From the human T2T-CHM13v2.0 reference genome, Homo sapiens, in NCBI RefSeq assembly GCF_009914755.1, contig NC_060942.1: a stretch of DNA of 64,000 bases, one strand, 5' to 3'. This document shows, one piece after another, positions 36,501-50,405 of the stretch. Every line of letters begins with the position of its first letter. The stretch's first letter is position 1. The notes below the pieces were generated by a model. It was given only the letters and a program-made list of their open reading frames with translations, was not told where the DNA came from and did not search any database. A program made the position numbers and the translations under genes.

Positions 36501-37929
36501 CTTCTTCCCGGAGGTTCACAGCCACTTCAAGATGACAGTTTCTGACTGTGAACAAATTTCCTTGATTTAATTTTCCCTTGTTTTCTGCCAAAAGAAAAGA
36601 CATCTTCTAGAAGAGGGAAGATAGGAAATATGTATCATTGGCTTCTTTAATACTTGCCAAATTAGAAACGGAAACATTCTAGGGTGAAGAAAACAGTGGC
36701 TAGGCGTGGGTGTGCAGTGCTGGGGACCGACGAGGGGGCCTGTGATTCTGGGGGCTCCGATCGTGTTTCTTCCCTGAGAACCTGCAGGGCTGGCCGTGAT
36801 TCTCACCACTTGTGGTCCAAGGCTTCTGCTGGGCTGACGGAGGAGGCGTTTTCTCCCATCCCGCCCCAGCAGGGAGCCTGCCCTCCTGTCCAGGAGCCCT
36901 CACAGCTCAGCCGGGGCCCTCCTGCGTCTCCCGACCACAGGCCCCAGTCCCGGCCAAGGTTCCAGGATGCCAGCAGGTGCCTGAGACTGGGCTGCCTCCA
37001 AGTTTCTCCTCACTGTGATGGCCCCGGGGCCATGCTGAGGCCTCCGTGTTGGTTTCTCCGGGGTTGGTGCCGGTGGATCAGAATCTTAGGCCTGGCCTGG
37101 CCGTGTCACTCCTATCTCACCTTCAGGGAGCTCTAGCCTGCAGCAGGCCCGTCCTTTGCTGGTGGCAGATTATTCCTCAACATGGGGATCTTGTTCCTTA
37201 TAAAAGTGCTGCATGGCACTGAATGCCTCCAGACCTGGGAGCACGATCATGGGGTGGCCAGAGCACCTGCCACCTCGGGGTCTGTGCCATTCTCTGTACC
37301 GAGGCCCCATGGAAAGGCACTGCTCAACCCCACCCTAAATCTGGCCACCTTCACTGCAGGCCTATGTGACCTGTTTCCCAAAGGCTACAAGAATAGGGCA
37401 TTTGAGAGCGTGTTCTTCTTGCCCAGGCCGGAAGGCACCAGCCACAGCCGCTGGACCCTGGCCCTGCTGGACTCTGCCCGTCAGCACCCACTGATCACTG
37501 CATGGGGTATGCACACGGTGTGCTGAGCTCCTGCCGGCCGGTGCTGCACCAGGCTCCAGGGGGGACTCAGCACCCAGGCCACACACCTGGGACTCCTGGC
37601 TGGAGCCAGTGCTGCGTCAGAGGCCCAGGTCCTTCCCATGACAGGCTGTGGCTGTGGGGGGCCCTCCCATGGGTGCTCAGGTGCACCCGTGGCCGGTCCT
37701 GAGCCAAGGTGCAGAAACACACCCCAGCCCCAGAGCTGCTGACGCACCGCTGCTTCCTGGAGTCTGTGCTTCAGTCAAGTCTGGGCTGATGCTCTTTGAT
37801 GTGAACCGTGGTTGTCGGCCTCTGAAGAAATCATTTCACACCAAAGGGAATGTGGCATCAAAAAGAAGCCAACAGTGAGCCCACGGGAACAAGTGGAGGG
37901 CCTCTTCAGGCTTCCAGGTACAACAAATG

Positions 37930-38530
37930 CAATTTAAAATGCCTTTTATTGCTTTTTCTCACATTCTAAAAGCAGTACACTTTTATCACAGAAGACTTGG
38001 AAATGAAAATTAAAAAGAAGTATAAATTACTTTTAAAAAATCTTGCGTAAGATTGCAACTGTCCAGAGGTAATAGCTGCTAATACATTAGGATAGTTTCA
38101 ATGTGTATTTATAGAATGACCACACACACGCACACACACATACGGGTGAAGGCTCTCATACATGTTTGGGGTTATTTCACATCATATTATATTGAAAGCA
38201 TCCTTTTGTTTGGATTTATCAAACTCTGTTTCTGTGTCCTCCTGTTATTGGCCATGTAGGTTGTTTCCAGTTTGTTGATGTTCCAAATACCACTGTCATG
38301 GACGTATTTGTAGATACATCTTTGAAGAAACTTTGCATATCGTCAAAAGTTAGAAACACTAAGGTCTTACACATTATGCCAGGTCGTTTCTCGGGAAAGC
38401 TGTGCCAGATGCATCCTTCTCATTCTCCGCCTCACCGCACTGCATTTCAGTGCTTTAACCTCTTCTCAATTTTCCAAATACATGGCTTTTTGCTGTAAAA
38501 GTGATACATGGTCATTAGGAAACACACGCG
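37930..38530 (-). mobile_element. Old L1 (L1ME-type) 3' remnant
   Basis: TATTGGCCATGTAGGTTGTTTCCAGTTTGTTG typical of reverse L1M 3' sequence. Confidence 0.65.
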
Positions 38531-39379
38531 TGGCAGGAGGTGTAAGAGGAGGGCCTGCCGCGCACTCGGGATGAGGCCGGCACCTGCGGAGCTTCCTCCA
38601 GACTTGGGCCCTGCTGGCTGCACCCACACAAAAGTGCACTGGCTACAGGTCGAGTTTCTAGAAAACACTGCACTTGATGATGTCTGGCTAAGGCTGAATG
38701 TTTTTCTCCATTGCCTTTTTTTTTTCTTCTATCGTCTGTTTCTCAGTGATGATCTTAGTGGCTTCCTGTCTACTGTTTGTCACATTTCTCGCCTTCGGGT
38801 CTTCATTGTGGTCCTGGTGGCCATGTACCACCTGGCGCCCTGCAGGGCTGCAGCCTCTTCACCTGACGGCCTCATCCACCATGTGTGGTTGCAGGGCCAG
38901 AGGAAGTTAAATTAGCAGATGTTTCTGAGTGTGAGCTGGATTCTGTGCTGAGTTAGAGCTAGAAAAATGTCTCCACCTGCTAAAATCTAGAGTCTAGTTG
39001 TGGGGGAGGAGGAAATATAGACAGACGCAGGTCCACATGCACACACACACACACACGTGCACACACACGCGCCTAGGGGACAGGGCAGAGCCAAGAAAAA
39101 AGGAAAATGATGAGAGACTGGAGTGAAGGCCCCAGGGAGTGACAGGTGGATTGATCCAGCCAGGCCCGAGCTTGCATCTGTTCACACAGAGCTTTGGGAC
39201 GTTAGGGTGACAGAGGAAGGAGGCGGCTGGGATAGCCCACACAGGTGGTGGGAGTCTGTCCTCTCCCTGCCAGGGTGCAGGACAGCAGGTCTCAATCTCG
39301 CCCAGTGGGACTCAGTGGTCCCTCATTCAAAGGGGCTGAGAGCCAGGCATCCAGCCCACGAAGCTCACATGGAAGCCAC

Positions 39380-39605
39380 TGTGTGGTCTCAGGCAAGGCC
39401 GTCGTGCTGGGGGTTGGGGCGTGGGGCCATCAGCAAGCCCCTTGAGCGTTTGTGGTCTCAGGCAAGGCCGCTGTGTCGGGGGTCGGGGCATGGGGCCATC
39501 GGGAAGCCCCCTGAGCATTCATGGTCTCAGACAAGGCCGCTGTGTCAGGGTTTGGGGTGTGGGGCCATCAGCAAGCCCCCTGAGAGTTTGTAGTGGATGG
39601 TCTCA
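39380..39605. repeat. 69-bp G-rich tandem repeat, 3 copies
   Basis: TGGTCTCAG.CAAGGCCG...GGGGCCATC..CAAGCCCC recurs. Confidence 0.92.
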
Positions 39606-40863
39606 TGGGTGTTTCTTGAACCGTGCTCTGCATGGCCTGCGACATGGTCTCACTGGTTGCTGGGGGCCCCTGAGTTATGGAAATTATTCTAGGATCCTTC
39701 AAATGCTTCAGTTAACTCCAGCCAGGCCTTGAGAAGAAAGCACTTTAGAATGAGAGGTTGTCTTTTATCTCTCAAATGATGGTTTTTAGAAAAAAATTGG
39801 TAAAATTAATACTTGCTAGGAGGAAGCATCAGAACATGGATTCTCTAACTCTTCCTTAGGGTGTTTTGATTTACTGATGAATTGGCCTCTTTCTCTCCTT
39901 TTTAGTGCATGAAGCTTTCCTTTTTAGACTGTAATGGTGACGCTTTCTCAAATAAAACCAGAACTAAGGGCTTCAAAACCACTCCACGCAAAATTAATAA
40001 AGAAGAAAATAACATTCTTTCCATTTCATTTCAAGGGCAGTTTTCAAAAATCTGCATTGACTTAAGGCTAGAAAGAGAAAATGCATACATGGAATTTTCT
40101 TTCCACCCTTACTCATGGATCTAGGGTCTGTGTGGGGTCTCAGATTTCCACCAGGGGCAAACTTCCTCATCTTTCTTCATGTTTAAATGTTAGAAATAGC
40201 CTGAAGCCTTGGGCTGCAGAGAGCTCAGGGGCACCTTTGAGCTGGACAGACCTCTGTGGAGGAGAAAACTGACCCCGGGAGGGTTTGGTCTGGCCAGCGA
40301 GGGTCAGCACCCACCTCAGCCTGCCTGCATCTGTCTGCACCTCAGGGTCACACATGCAGATGGACTGAGGGTTCCGAGTGGGTGGCTCAGGGATACTGGG
40401 AGCTCGTCGCGTAGTCTGATGTTTTTGCATGAAAGTGAGGTCCTCTGAGGGAGATGCACCGTCTGAGCCTGTTCGTGTTGGGGTGCCGCGAGCAAACCTC
40501 ACGCCCTCCTCACCTTGCCGACGCTCTCTGCATCTGCCCCAGGACATAGATGATGAGCCTTTCTGCTCTACCGTAAACACCCGAGCACCCAGCGCCCTCA
40601 CAAGAGAAGCAAGCGCTCAGTGACCACCTCAGCGGCGCGGACTGCTCTGACACGTCACCCCACCGGGATTTTTAGAACGCCTCTGCGCTCGTGCATTCAC
40701 TCCATTTTACAGATGAGAAACTGGTGTGACTCCCATGTACGTGGCCCAGGCTCACTAATTCTCTCTTCTTAATGCTGTCACGCCTGGGCCAGCCCTTCCT
40801 CCCTCCCGCCGCAGCACACGCTGAAGAAACAAGTCCAGCTGTGAAGCCCCCACCTCAGCCTCG

Positions 40864-42418
40864 GCCCCAGAGTCCGCACTCTGAGAAGTTGCTCCGGCGC
40901 CACTGACGGGCACTCCATGTTATATGCCCAGAGTCCTCGCCCTGAGGAGCTGCCGGGGCCGCGCTGACCACACTCCACGTTATGGGCCCAGAGTCCGCGC
41001 TCTGAGGAGCTGCCGGGGCCGCGCTGACCACACTCCACGTTATGGGCCCAGAGTCCGCGCTCTGAGGAGCTGCCGGGGCCGCGCTGACCACACTCCACGT
41101 TATGGGCCCAGAGTCCTCGCCCTGAGGAGCTGCCGGGGCCGCGCTGACCACACTCCACGTTATGGGCCCAGAGTCCGCGCTCTGAGGAGCTGCCGGGGCC
41201 GCGCTGACCACACTCCACGTTACGGTCCCAGAGTCCTCGCCCTGAGGAGCTGCCGGGGCCGCGCTGACCACACTCCACGTTATGGGCCCAGAGTCCGCGC
41301 TCTGAGGAGCTGCCGGGGACACACTGACCACACTCCACGTTATGGGCCCAGAGTCCTCGCCCTGAGGAGCTGCCGGGGCCTCGCTGACCACACTCCACGT
41401 TATGGGCCCAGAGTCCGCGCTCTGAGAAGCTGCCGGGGACACACTGACCACACTCCACGTTATGGGCCCAGAGTCCGCGCTCTGAGGAGCTGCCGGGGCC
41501 TCGCTGACCACACTCCACGTTACGGGCCCAGAGTCCGCGCTCTGAGAAGCTGCCGGGGACACACTGACCACACTCCACGTTATGGGCCCAGAGTCCGCGC
41601 TCTGAGGAGCTGCCGGGGACACACTGACCACACTCCACGTTATGGGCCCAGAGTCCGCGCTCTGAGAAGCTGCCAGGGACACACTGACCACACTCCACGT
41701 TATGGGCCCAGAGTCCGCGCTCTGAGGAGCTGCCGGGGCCTCGCTGACCACACTCCACGTTATGGGCCCAGAGTCCGCGCTCTGAGGAGCTGCCGGGGCC
41801 TCGCTGACCACACTCCACGTTATGGGCCCAGAGTCCGCGCTCTGAGGAGCTGCCGGGGCCTCGCTGACCACACTCCACGTTATGGGCCCAGAGTCCGCGC
41901 TCTGAGGAGCTGCCGGGGCCGCGCTGACCACACTCCACGTTATGGGCCCAGAGTCCGCGCTCTGAGGAGCTGCCGGGGCCGCGCTGACCACACTCCACGT
42001 TATGGGCCCAGAGTCCGCGCTCTGAGGAGCTGCCGGGGACACACTGACCACACTCCACGTTATGGGCCCAGAGTCCGCGCTCTGAGGAGCTGCCGGGGAC
42101 ACACTGACCACACTCCACGTTATGGGCCCAGAGTCCTCGCTCTGAGGAGCTGCCGGGGACACACTGACCACACTCCACGTTACGGTCCCAGAGTCCTCGC
42201 CCTGAGGAGCTGCCGGGGCCGCGCTGACCACACTCCACGTTATGGGCCCAGAGTCCGCGCTCTGAGGAGCTGCCGGGGCCGCGCTGACCACACTCCACGT
42301 TACCGGCCCAGAGTCCGCGCTCTGAGGAGCTGCCGGGGCCTCACTGACCACACTCCACGTTACGGTCCCAGAGTCCTCGCCCTGAGGAGCTGCCGGGGCC
42401 TCACTGACCACACCACGT
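40864..42418. repeat. 60-bp VNTR, ~26 highly similar copies
   Basis: Consecutive 60-nt lines are near-identical: TATGGGCCCAGAGTCCGCGCTCTGAGGAGCTGCCGGGGCCGCGCTGACCACACTCCACGT. Confidence 0.99.
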
Positions 42419-43247
42419 TCCGGGTGCCCAGCGCACCTGCCGCTTATGCAGCTTTCGGTTCTAAACCTCGCTCCCCAGAAGGCAATCTTCACGCCCACTC
42501 AAGACGTACTTTTCGGATGCTGCAGCCCAGGCGTCCTACTGCACACTAGGAGCTGTGGTCACCTCGTCCAGAAAAAACAAGAATGTGGCCAAATGCCCGT
42601 GGCTGCCCTCTGCGTCTCCTTCATTGTTGCCGGTTTTAAAGCTTCTCCTCCCACTATCGTGACGCTCCAACTTTCCGGGGCTCATGGGGTTGTGGGGCTG
42701 GTGGGCGGAGTCCTGTGCTCATTGGCGTTTGGCTGTGGGTTCTGGTCTCAGCGCCGTCCACAGGGCCAGCCTCGCGGAGCCGCCCGCCCATTGCGCTGGG
42801 CCTGGGTGGAAGGGCCGATGAGGATGAAACCTCGAGGGAGCATCCCTCAGAACCTGTGTCAGCACCCAGCTGGGCTTCTCATGTGCAAAGGCAGAATCTG
42901 ATTTAAAAGCCAGGGAAGATGGAGGCGGTGGGAGGGGGGAGTGGGTAATAGTCTAAAGGAAAAAAATCAGGTGAAAGGGACAAAAAGAGAAACTTGAAAA
43001 GGAAGCCTTGGAAAAGAGAGAAGAGAGGGTGGACAAAGAGGACCAAGATGAGACTGGAGAATTTCTGATCAGTGGGGAGGGGGGAAGCACCACGCCTAGT
43101 CCCGGAGGGGGTTTGCTGGGGGCTGCCCAGCACAGCTCTACAGGGCAGGCAAACCCAGCTTTGGTCCCATCTCATGTCAAATACTGATGCCGAGTGCTGG
43201 TGAGTAAAGGCAGGAAACGTAGAAATCAAAAATTAAAAAACAAAGTA

Positions 43248-43554
<307 letters not shown>

Positions 43555-43649
43555 CTAGAAGTAAATATATGCACAGTCTCTGAATGATGAGGACTGTCCA
43601 ACCTTAGAAGCATGAGTCAGGCTCTTCTCAAAAACAAAAACAAACCAGA

Positions 43650-44285
43650 ACTTAGAGTCAAACAATACTCAAAACTCAGCGTGTTGTTGTATACTAGCAA
43701 TGAAAAACCTGGAAAGGAAATTAGGAAGACAATTTACTATAGCATCAAAAAGAGTAAAACCCCTAGCAAGAAATGTAACCAAAGAGGTGTAAGACTTGTA
43801 TGCTGAGAACTACAGAACATTGCTGAAAGAAATTACAGACCTAAAGAAATGGAAAGACATCCCATGTTCACGGATAGGAAGACTTAACATTGTTAAGGTG
43901 GCAATACTCCCAAACTGATCTATAGATTCAATACAATTCCTATCAAAATCCTAGCTGACTTTTTGCAGAAATGGACAAGCTGATGCTAAAATTCATATGG
44001 AATTACAAGGGACCAAAGTAAGTGAAAAAAATCTTTAAAAAGAACAAAGTTGGAGTTCTCACACTATTTATTAAAACTTACTACAAAGCTACAGTAAGCA
44101 AAATAGTGTGGTATTGGCATAAGGAGAGACATATTGATCAATGGAATACAATTGCAATTCTAGAAATAAACCTATACATCTGTGGTCAGCTGACTTTTGA
44201 TGAGAGTGCCAAGACCATGCAATGGAGAAAGAATAGTCTCTTCAGCAGATGGTGCTGGGACAACTGGATTCCACATACAAGAGAA
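43650..44285 (+). mobile_element. L1 ORF2 fragment (L1M)
   Basis: Translates KNKVGVLTL..KTYYKATVSKIVWYWHKERHIDQWN..QLTFD..QWRKNSLFSRWCWDNW, recognisably L1 ORF2. Confidence 0.93.
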
Positions 44286-45334
44286 TAAATATCCAAAATG
44301 TCCATGATACAATAAAAAAAAGTCACTCACCAAGAACCAAGAAAACCAGAACATAAATGAAAAAAGACAATTAACAGACACCAACATCAAGCTGAATCAG
44401 ATGTTGGTTTATATGACTACTATTTTAAAGTAGGCTTCACCAATCAACGATGGGTTTAAAATGCTTCACCAATCATGTATTTTCCTGAAACAAATGAAGG
44501 AATAGAAAATCTTAGCAAAGAAATGAAAGATATAAAAAAGAAAAAGATGAAATCACGTAACTGAAATATATAACAACAGTTTTTTAAACTCTGACTGCAT
44601 GGGGTGAACAGTAAAGGGGAGATCACGCTGGATGGAATTAGTGAACCTGACCCACAGAAATTACCCAACATCAACAGAAGAGAGAAGAAAGACTGGAAAG
44701 CATGGGCAGAGAGTCACAGGGAGTTGTGTGACGATAACAAAAGTATTAATACTTGTATCATCAGGCCCCAGAAAGAGAGGAGAAAGAGTGGGGCTGAAAA
44801 AGTATTTGAAGAAAGAATGCCCCCAAAACCTCCCAGATTTGGCAAAAGACATAGATCTACAGATTCAGGAAGCAGAAAGACAACAGGAAAATCTCCAGAT
44901 ACTTGGAAATTAAATAACATGCCTTAAAATTATCTATGGGTCGAAGAGGAAGTCTCAAAGGGAAATTCGAAACACATAGAACTGAATGAAAGTGAAAATA
45001 CAGCAGAGCAGCATATGTGAGATACGGTCGGAACAGTTCTTGGGGGAGGTTTATAACATCCAGTGCTTAGATTAGAAGAGACAAAAGGTCTCAAAGTAAT
45101 ATTAATAATATGTTACAAAATTGAATTAATTCTTAAAAAGTCCTGAAAAATCTCCAGACCTGGTGATTTTACTGGAAAATTCTACCAAATACTTAAAGAA
45201 GAATTCATTCTACCAAACATTCAAAGAAGAGAAGGGAACCCTTCCTCACTCAATGTGAGGTTTAATGAGGTCAGCCATACCTGGCGACCACATTAAACAA
45301 AGACATTACAAAAAAAGAAAACTAGAAAACTATA

Positions 45335-45631
45335 AGCCGGGCCTGGTGGCTCACGCCTGTAATCCCATCACTTTGGGAGGCCAAGACAGGCAGATCACTT
45401 GAGGCCCAGAGTTCAAGACCAAGCTGGCCAACATGGCAAAACCTCATCTTTACTAAAAATACAAAAATTAGCCAGGCGTGGTGGTGCGCACCTGTACTCC
45501 CAGCTACTCAGGAGGCTGAGGCGCGAGAATCACTTGAACCCAGGAGGCAGAGGTTGCACTGAGCCGAGATCGCACCACTGTAGTCCAGTCTGGGTGATAG
45601 AGCGAGACTCTGTCTCAAAAATAAGTAAATA
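45335..45631 (+). mobile_element. AluS
   Basis: Full dimer; outer TSD-like AGAAAACTATA/AGAAAGCTATA encloses both tandem Alus. Confidence 0.93.
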
Positions 45632-45946
<315 letters not shown>

Positions 45947-47914
45947 GAAAGCTATAGACCAGTATCTTTCACGAATTCACATGCAGAACCCTCAACAAAA
46001 TATTAGGAAATTGAATCCAGCAATGAATAAAGTTGCTGCACCAAATGAGATTTAATCCAGGCACACAAGTCTGGTTCAACATTCTGAGTCAAACACTGTA
46101 CTCCACCATATCAACAGAAGAGATATACAATCATATTAATTGATGCAGAAAAGCTTTTGACAAATCCAACATCTACTCACAATAAAAACTCCCAGAAAAC
46201 TAGAATTAGATCCTCAATTTGATAAAGAACATCCACAAAAAATCCACATCTGAAGCCTTTTCAAGAAATGTTGTAGGTGCAGTTGGTCATCCATGGGTGG
46301 GGTAGCGTGGAGGGAGGATGGAGAAGCTTATCCTAAACCTTCCACCTGCTACACAAATCAACTAAAAGCAGATCACAGACTTAAATGTAAACATAAAACC
46401 ATAAGAGTTCTAGAAAAGATAGGGGAAATTCACTGGGACACAGGGGTAGGCAAAGCCTTCTTAGACTTGACAACAAAGGTATAACCCATAAAAAGTAAAC
46501 TTGATAAATTGGACCTCATCAAAATTAAAAACTGCCCTGCAAAAGACATTTTAAGAGCATGAAGCGTAAAACTACAGAATGGGAGAAAATATTTGCAAAC
46601 CACGTATTCACTAAAGGACCAAAGTTTGGAATATATAAAGAACTCTCTAAATCACCGGTAAACAAATATTCAAAACATGTCCAGTTAGACATGTACAAGA
46701 TGTGTGCACAGACCTTTCACTGTGGAAAACTCATGGAAGGCAGACAAGCAGGTGCAAAGACACCTAGCACCGTCAGCCTTTAGGGAAATGCAAATTAAAA
46801 CCACTGTGCCCCTACACATCTACCAGAGTGGCTGAAATCAATAGAAAATATTGACAACACCGAATGCTGACAAAGATGCAGAGAAATGACCTTTCATGCC
46901 TTGCTGGGAATGTAAAATGGCTCAGCAACTCTAGGAAACAGTTTGGCTGTTTCTGATAAAACTAAACATGTCACTCCCGTATGACCCAGCAATTGTGATC
47001 TTGGGCATTTATCCCAGAGAAATGGAAAATATATTCACATAAAAACCTAGACACAAATTTTCATAATGTTATTACTAACAACCAAAAACTGGAATTGTCC
47101 CAGAGACCCTTCCACAGGTGATAGTTCGACGATCACACTTCTGTACTGCGGAATACTCTCAGTAGAAAGGGATGGGTTATCGGTACACACAGCAGCTTGG
47201 ATGAATATCCAGGGAATTATGCTGTGTGAAGAAAGCCAGTCTCAAAATAATCAGACTCTGCCATTCCATTTGCACGGCATTCTTGAAAGGACAAGCTTAT
47301 AGAGATGAGAGCAGATTAGGGGCTGCCAGGGTTTTACAGAGCTGGGAGGGGGTGGCAGGAGTGACACTGCCTGCGTGGGTCAGCATCAGTCCTGGCGGTG
47401 AGATTGTACTGCAGTTTTGCAAGAGGCCACCATTGGCGGAAACTGGGTAAAGGGTACAGGGGATCCCTTTGTATTGTTTCTTGCAACTGCATGTTAATCT
47501 ATTATTAATCTCAAAAGGTTTAATTCTAAAAATGTATATGTATATGCATAAAGGCTTAGTAGAAGTTCTGGGTAAATAAGTCACCTTAAAAGTAGTTACC
47601 TGTGGGGAGCGGATTTGTTTTGAAGGGGGAAGGGTGAGGATGGCCATGTGCTTTTACCCTGTGTGCTTTTTTTTTTTTTTTACGATGAAAATACATTTAT
47701 GTTTTAGTAGTGTAATTTCAAATATAAACAGATTAGGGTCAGGAAGTCTTCCCAGAGAAAATGAATTTAATATGCAAAAGGATGTTCTTTGCAGTATTCA
47801 TGAACTAGCATGGAACTTTAGTATCAAAATAATGTCTGACAATAGGGAAATGTAAGTAAATTAAGATCCATCCTCAGGGTGAGGTATTACGCAGTTTCCA
47901 CCAAAATGCTTATA

Positions 47915-48231
<317 letters not shown>

Positions 48232-49705
48232 TTATGAGAGTGTTGGGGAGTGTTCAGTGATGGCTTCTAGCGGAATCAAAGAAGAATCAAAACTTTATTT
48301 CTGCTGGATTCCTGAGGTCAGTGAAGGAACCACCGCTCAGCAAAGACGTGACCTCGCTCTAGAGCCCTGCGCCCAGCTGTCCCTGCCCACAGCACAAACC
48401 CCCAACTTCTCCACCTTGCTCCCTTGCTAAACCATTCTGTCTGGAGCAGATTTCCCGTGGGGAGGGAGAAAAGAGGGGCTGTTAGGAAAGGGGTCTGAGG
48501 AAGCCCTTCAGCGTGAGTGTCCTGTCCCCTGTCCCCTGCTCCCTGAAGCAGCTGTTCTAACCCAAGTCTGGGGCTCCCCGCTGGCCTGTGTGCCCCGATG
48601 GCACCCACCGCCCTGGAGCTGAGCTGCACTGCCACAGGGGGGTGGCAGCCAACACTGCTGAGCAAACACTGAATTTGGCCACCACGTAAAACTATGCAGA
48701 GACGAGAGGGAAAGACGTCCTGCAAAACGTATGGTGGCTGTTTCTGGTGGTGGGATTGGGTATTTTTTTCTTTGCTTTTATTGTACTGTCTGATTTTCCA
48801 TTTTTCCACTAATTGGAACATTGCTTTTTATGCAGATGAACATCTAAGACTCGTTTAGACAAACTGATGTAGAGAAAAATAAGAAACATCAAAACATACC
48901 GTGCCCTGACCTGGGCTTTAATCCTCATGAGGCCACACTGTTCAGAATCGGCTGAGGGACTCTGTGGCATTTCGGGGTGTCCTTGCTGACAGGGTATTTG
49001 GTGGCCCCCAAGTTCCCTCCTCAGAGGTGGCAGCCGTGGGGGACCCTGCAGCAGCTGTAGTGGTGTGGGACTTGGTAGCGGGGTCCTGACGGCGGAGGAC
49101 CCAGCACGTCTGTTCTCAGCGGAGCGGCTGCCCATCTCCCCCTCCCCTCCCCTCCCCTCCCCCTTCTCTGCCCTCTGGGGGCTCCGCTCTGGGTGGGGGT
49201 GGCACCCCAGCCCTGCACGGGCGCTCTTTTCCCTTTCCTGTATGCCTTGATGATTGTTAATAAAACTTCTTCAAAGTTGGTTTTCCAAATGTGGACGGTG
49301 TGGGAATGAGACATTTGAGTTATTCCAGCTCCCTGTTTTTCTTCCAGAAATGGATAATGGGCCCATTTCACATTGAATTAAAAGGCTATTAGGGCGTGCA
49401 AATGGTGTGAGCAACGTGTCATTTGCTGTTTCTCACAAATGTGAAATTTTCCTGGGACGATGTTCTCGCCGACCTGGCTGAGTGGCAGATCGGGAAACAT
49501 TCGCTGTTTCCTGAGTGACACCATGGTGCAGTGTGGAGGGCCCAGTCTGGGGTTAGCAGAGAAAGAAACCGGGGACCAGACACAACAGGTCACAAATCCA
49601 GAAGTTACCGATTGTGTTACTGAGCAGAACCAGTGCCTTGAGGCTGTATGGAGGCGGCAGCAAAAGACGCAGCGGCCTCAGGTCCCTTTACATGGCCTGA
49701 AAGGC

Positions 49706-50405
49706 ACGGCTGTCACATGGCTGTCACAAGGCTGCCACTCACATGCCTGTCACATGGTTGTCACACGGCTGCCACACGGTTGTCACGCAGCTGCCACATG
49801 GATGTTACACGGCTGTCATACAGCTGTCACACGGCTGCCACTCACATGCCTGTCACGTTTGTCACACGGCTGCCACATGGCTGTCACGCAGCTGCCACAT
49901 GGATGTTACACGGCTGTCATACAGCTGTCACACGGCTGCCACTCACACATCTGTCACATGGTTGTCACACGGCTGCCACACGGCTGTCACACACCTGCCA
50001 CATGGATGTTACACAGCTGTCATACAGCTGTCACACGGCTGCCACTCACATGCCTGCCTCACGGCTGCCACATGGCCGCCACTCACATGCCTGTCACATG
50101 GTTGTCACATGGATGTCGCACACAGTTGTCATGCCTGGCTGTCACACATGGTTGTCACGTTATCAGATGTGCTTGTCAGACACAGTGTCACATGGCTGTC
50201 ACATGGTTGTCACACCCGTTACACCCATGGTTGTCACACACGTGTCACACACAGTTCTCACACACACAGTTGCTGCACATGATTATCACATACATGTGGT
50301 TGTCATGTGGTTTGCACATGGTTTGCACACACAGTTCTCACACAGATGGTTGTCACACCTGGCTGTCACACACGCGGGTTGTCACATGCATGTCACACAC
50401 AGCTG
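49706..50405. repeat. ~11-bp GGCTGTCACAC-type repeat with ~102-bp higher-order period
   Basis: GCTGCCACTCACA at 49731, 49834, 49935 and 50038; decays to the right. Confidence 0.93.

Noticed and set aside
40855-42498. Mucin (MUC1-like) gene
   Set aside because: Only the 60-bp period is shared; GTG start, no signal peptide, SEA or TM exons
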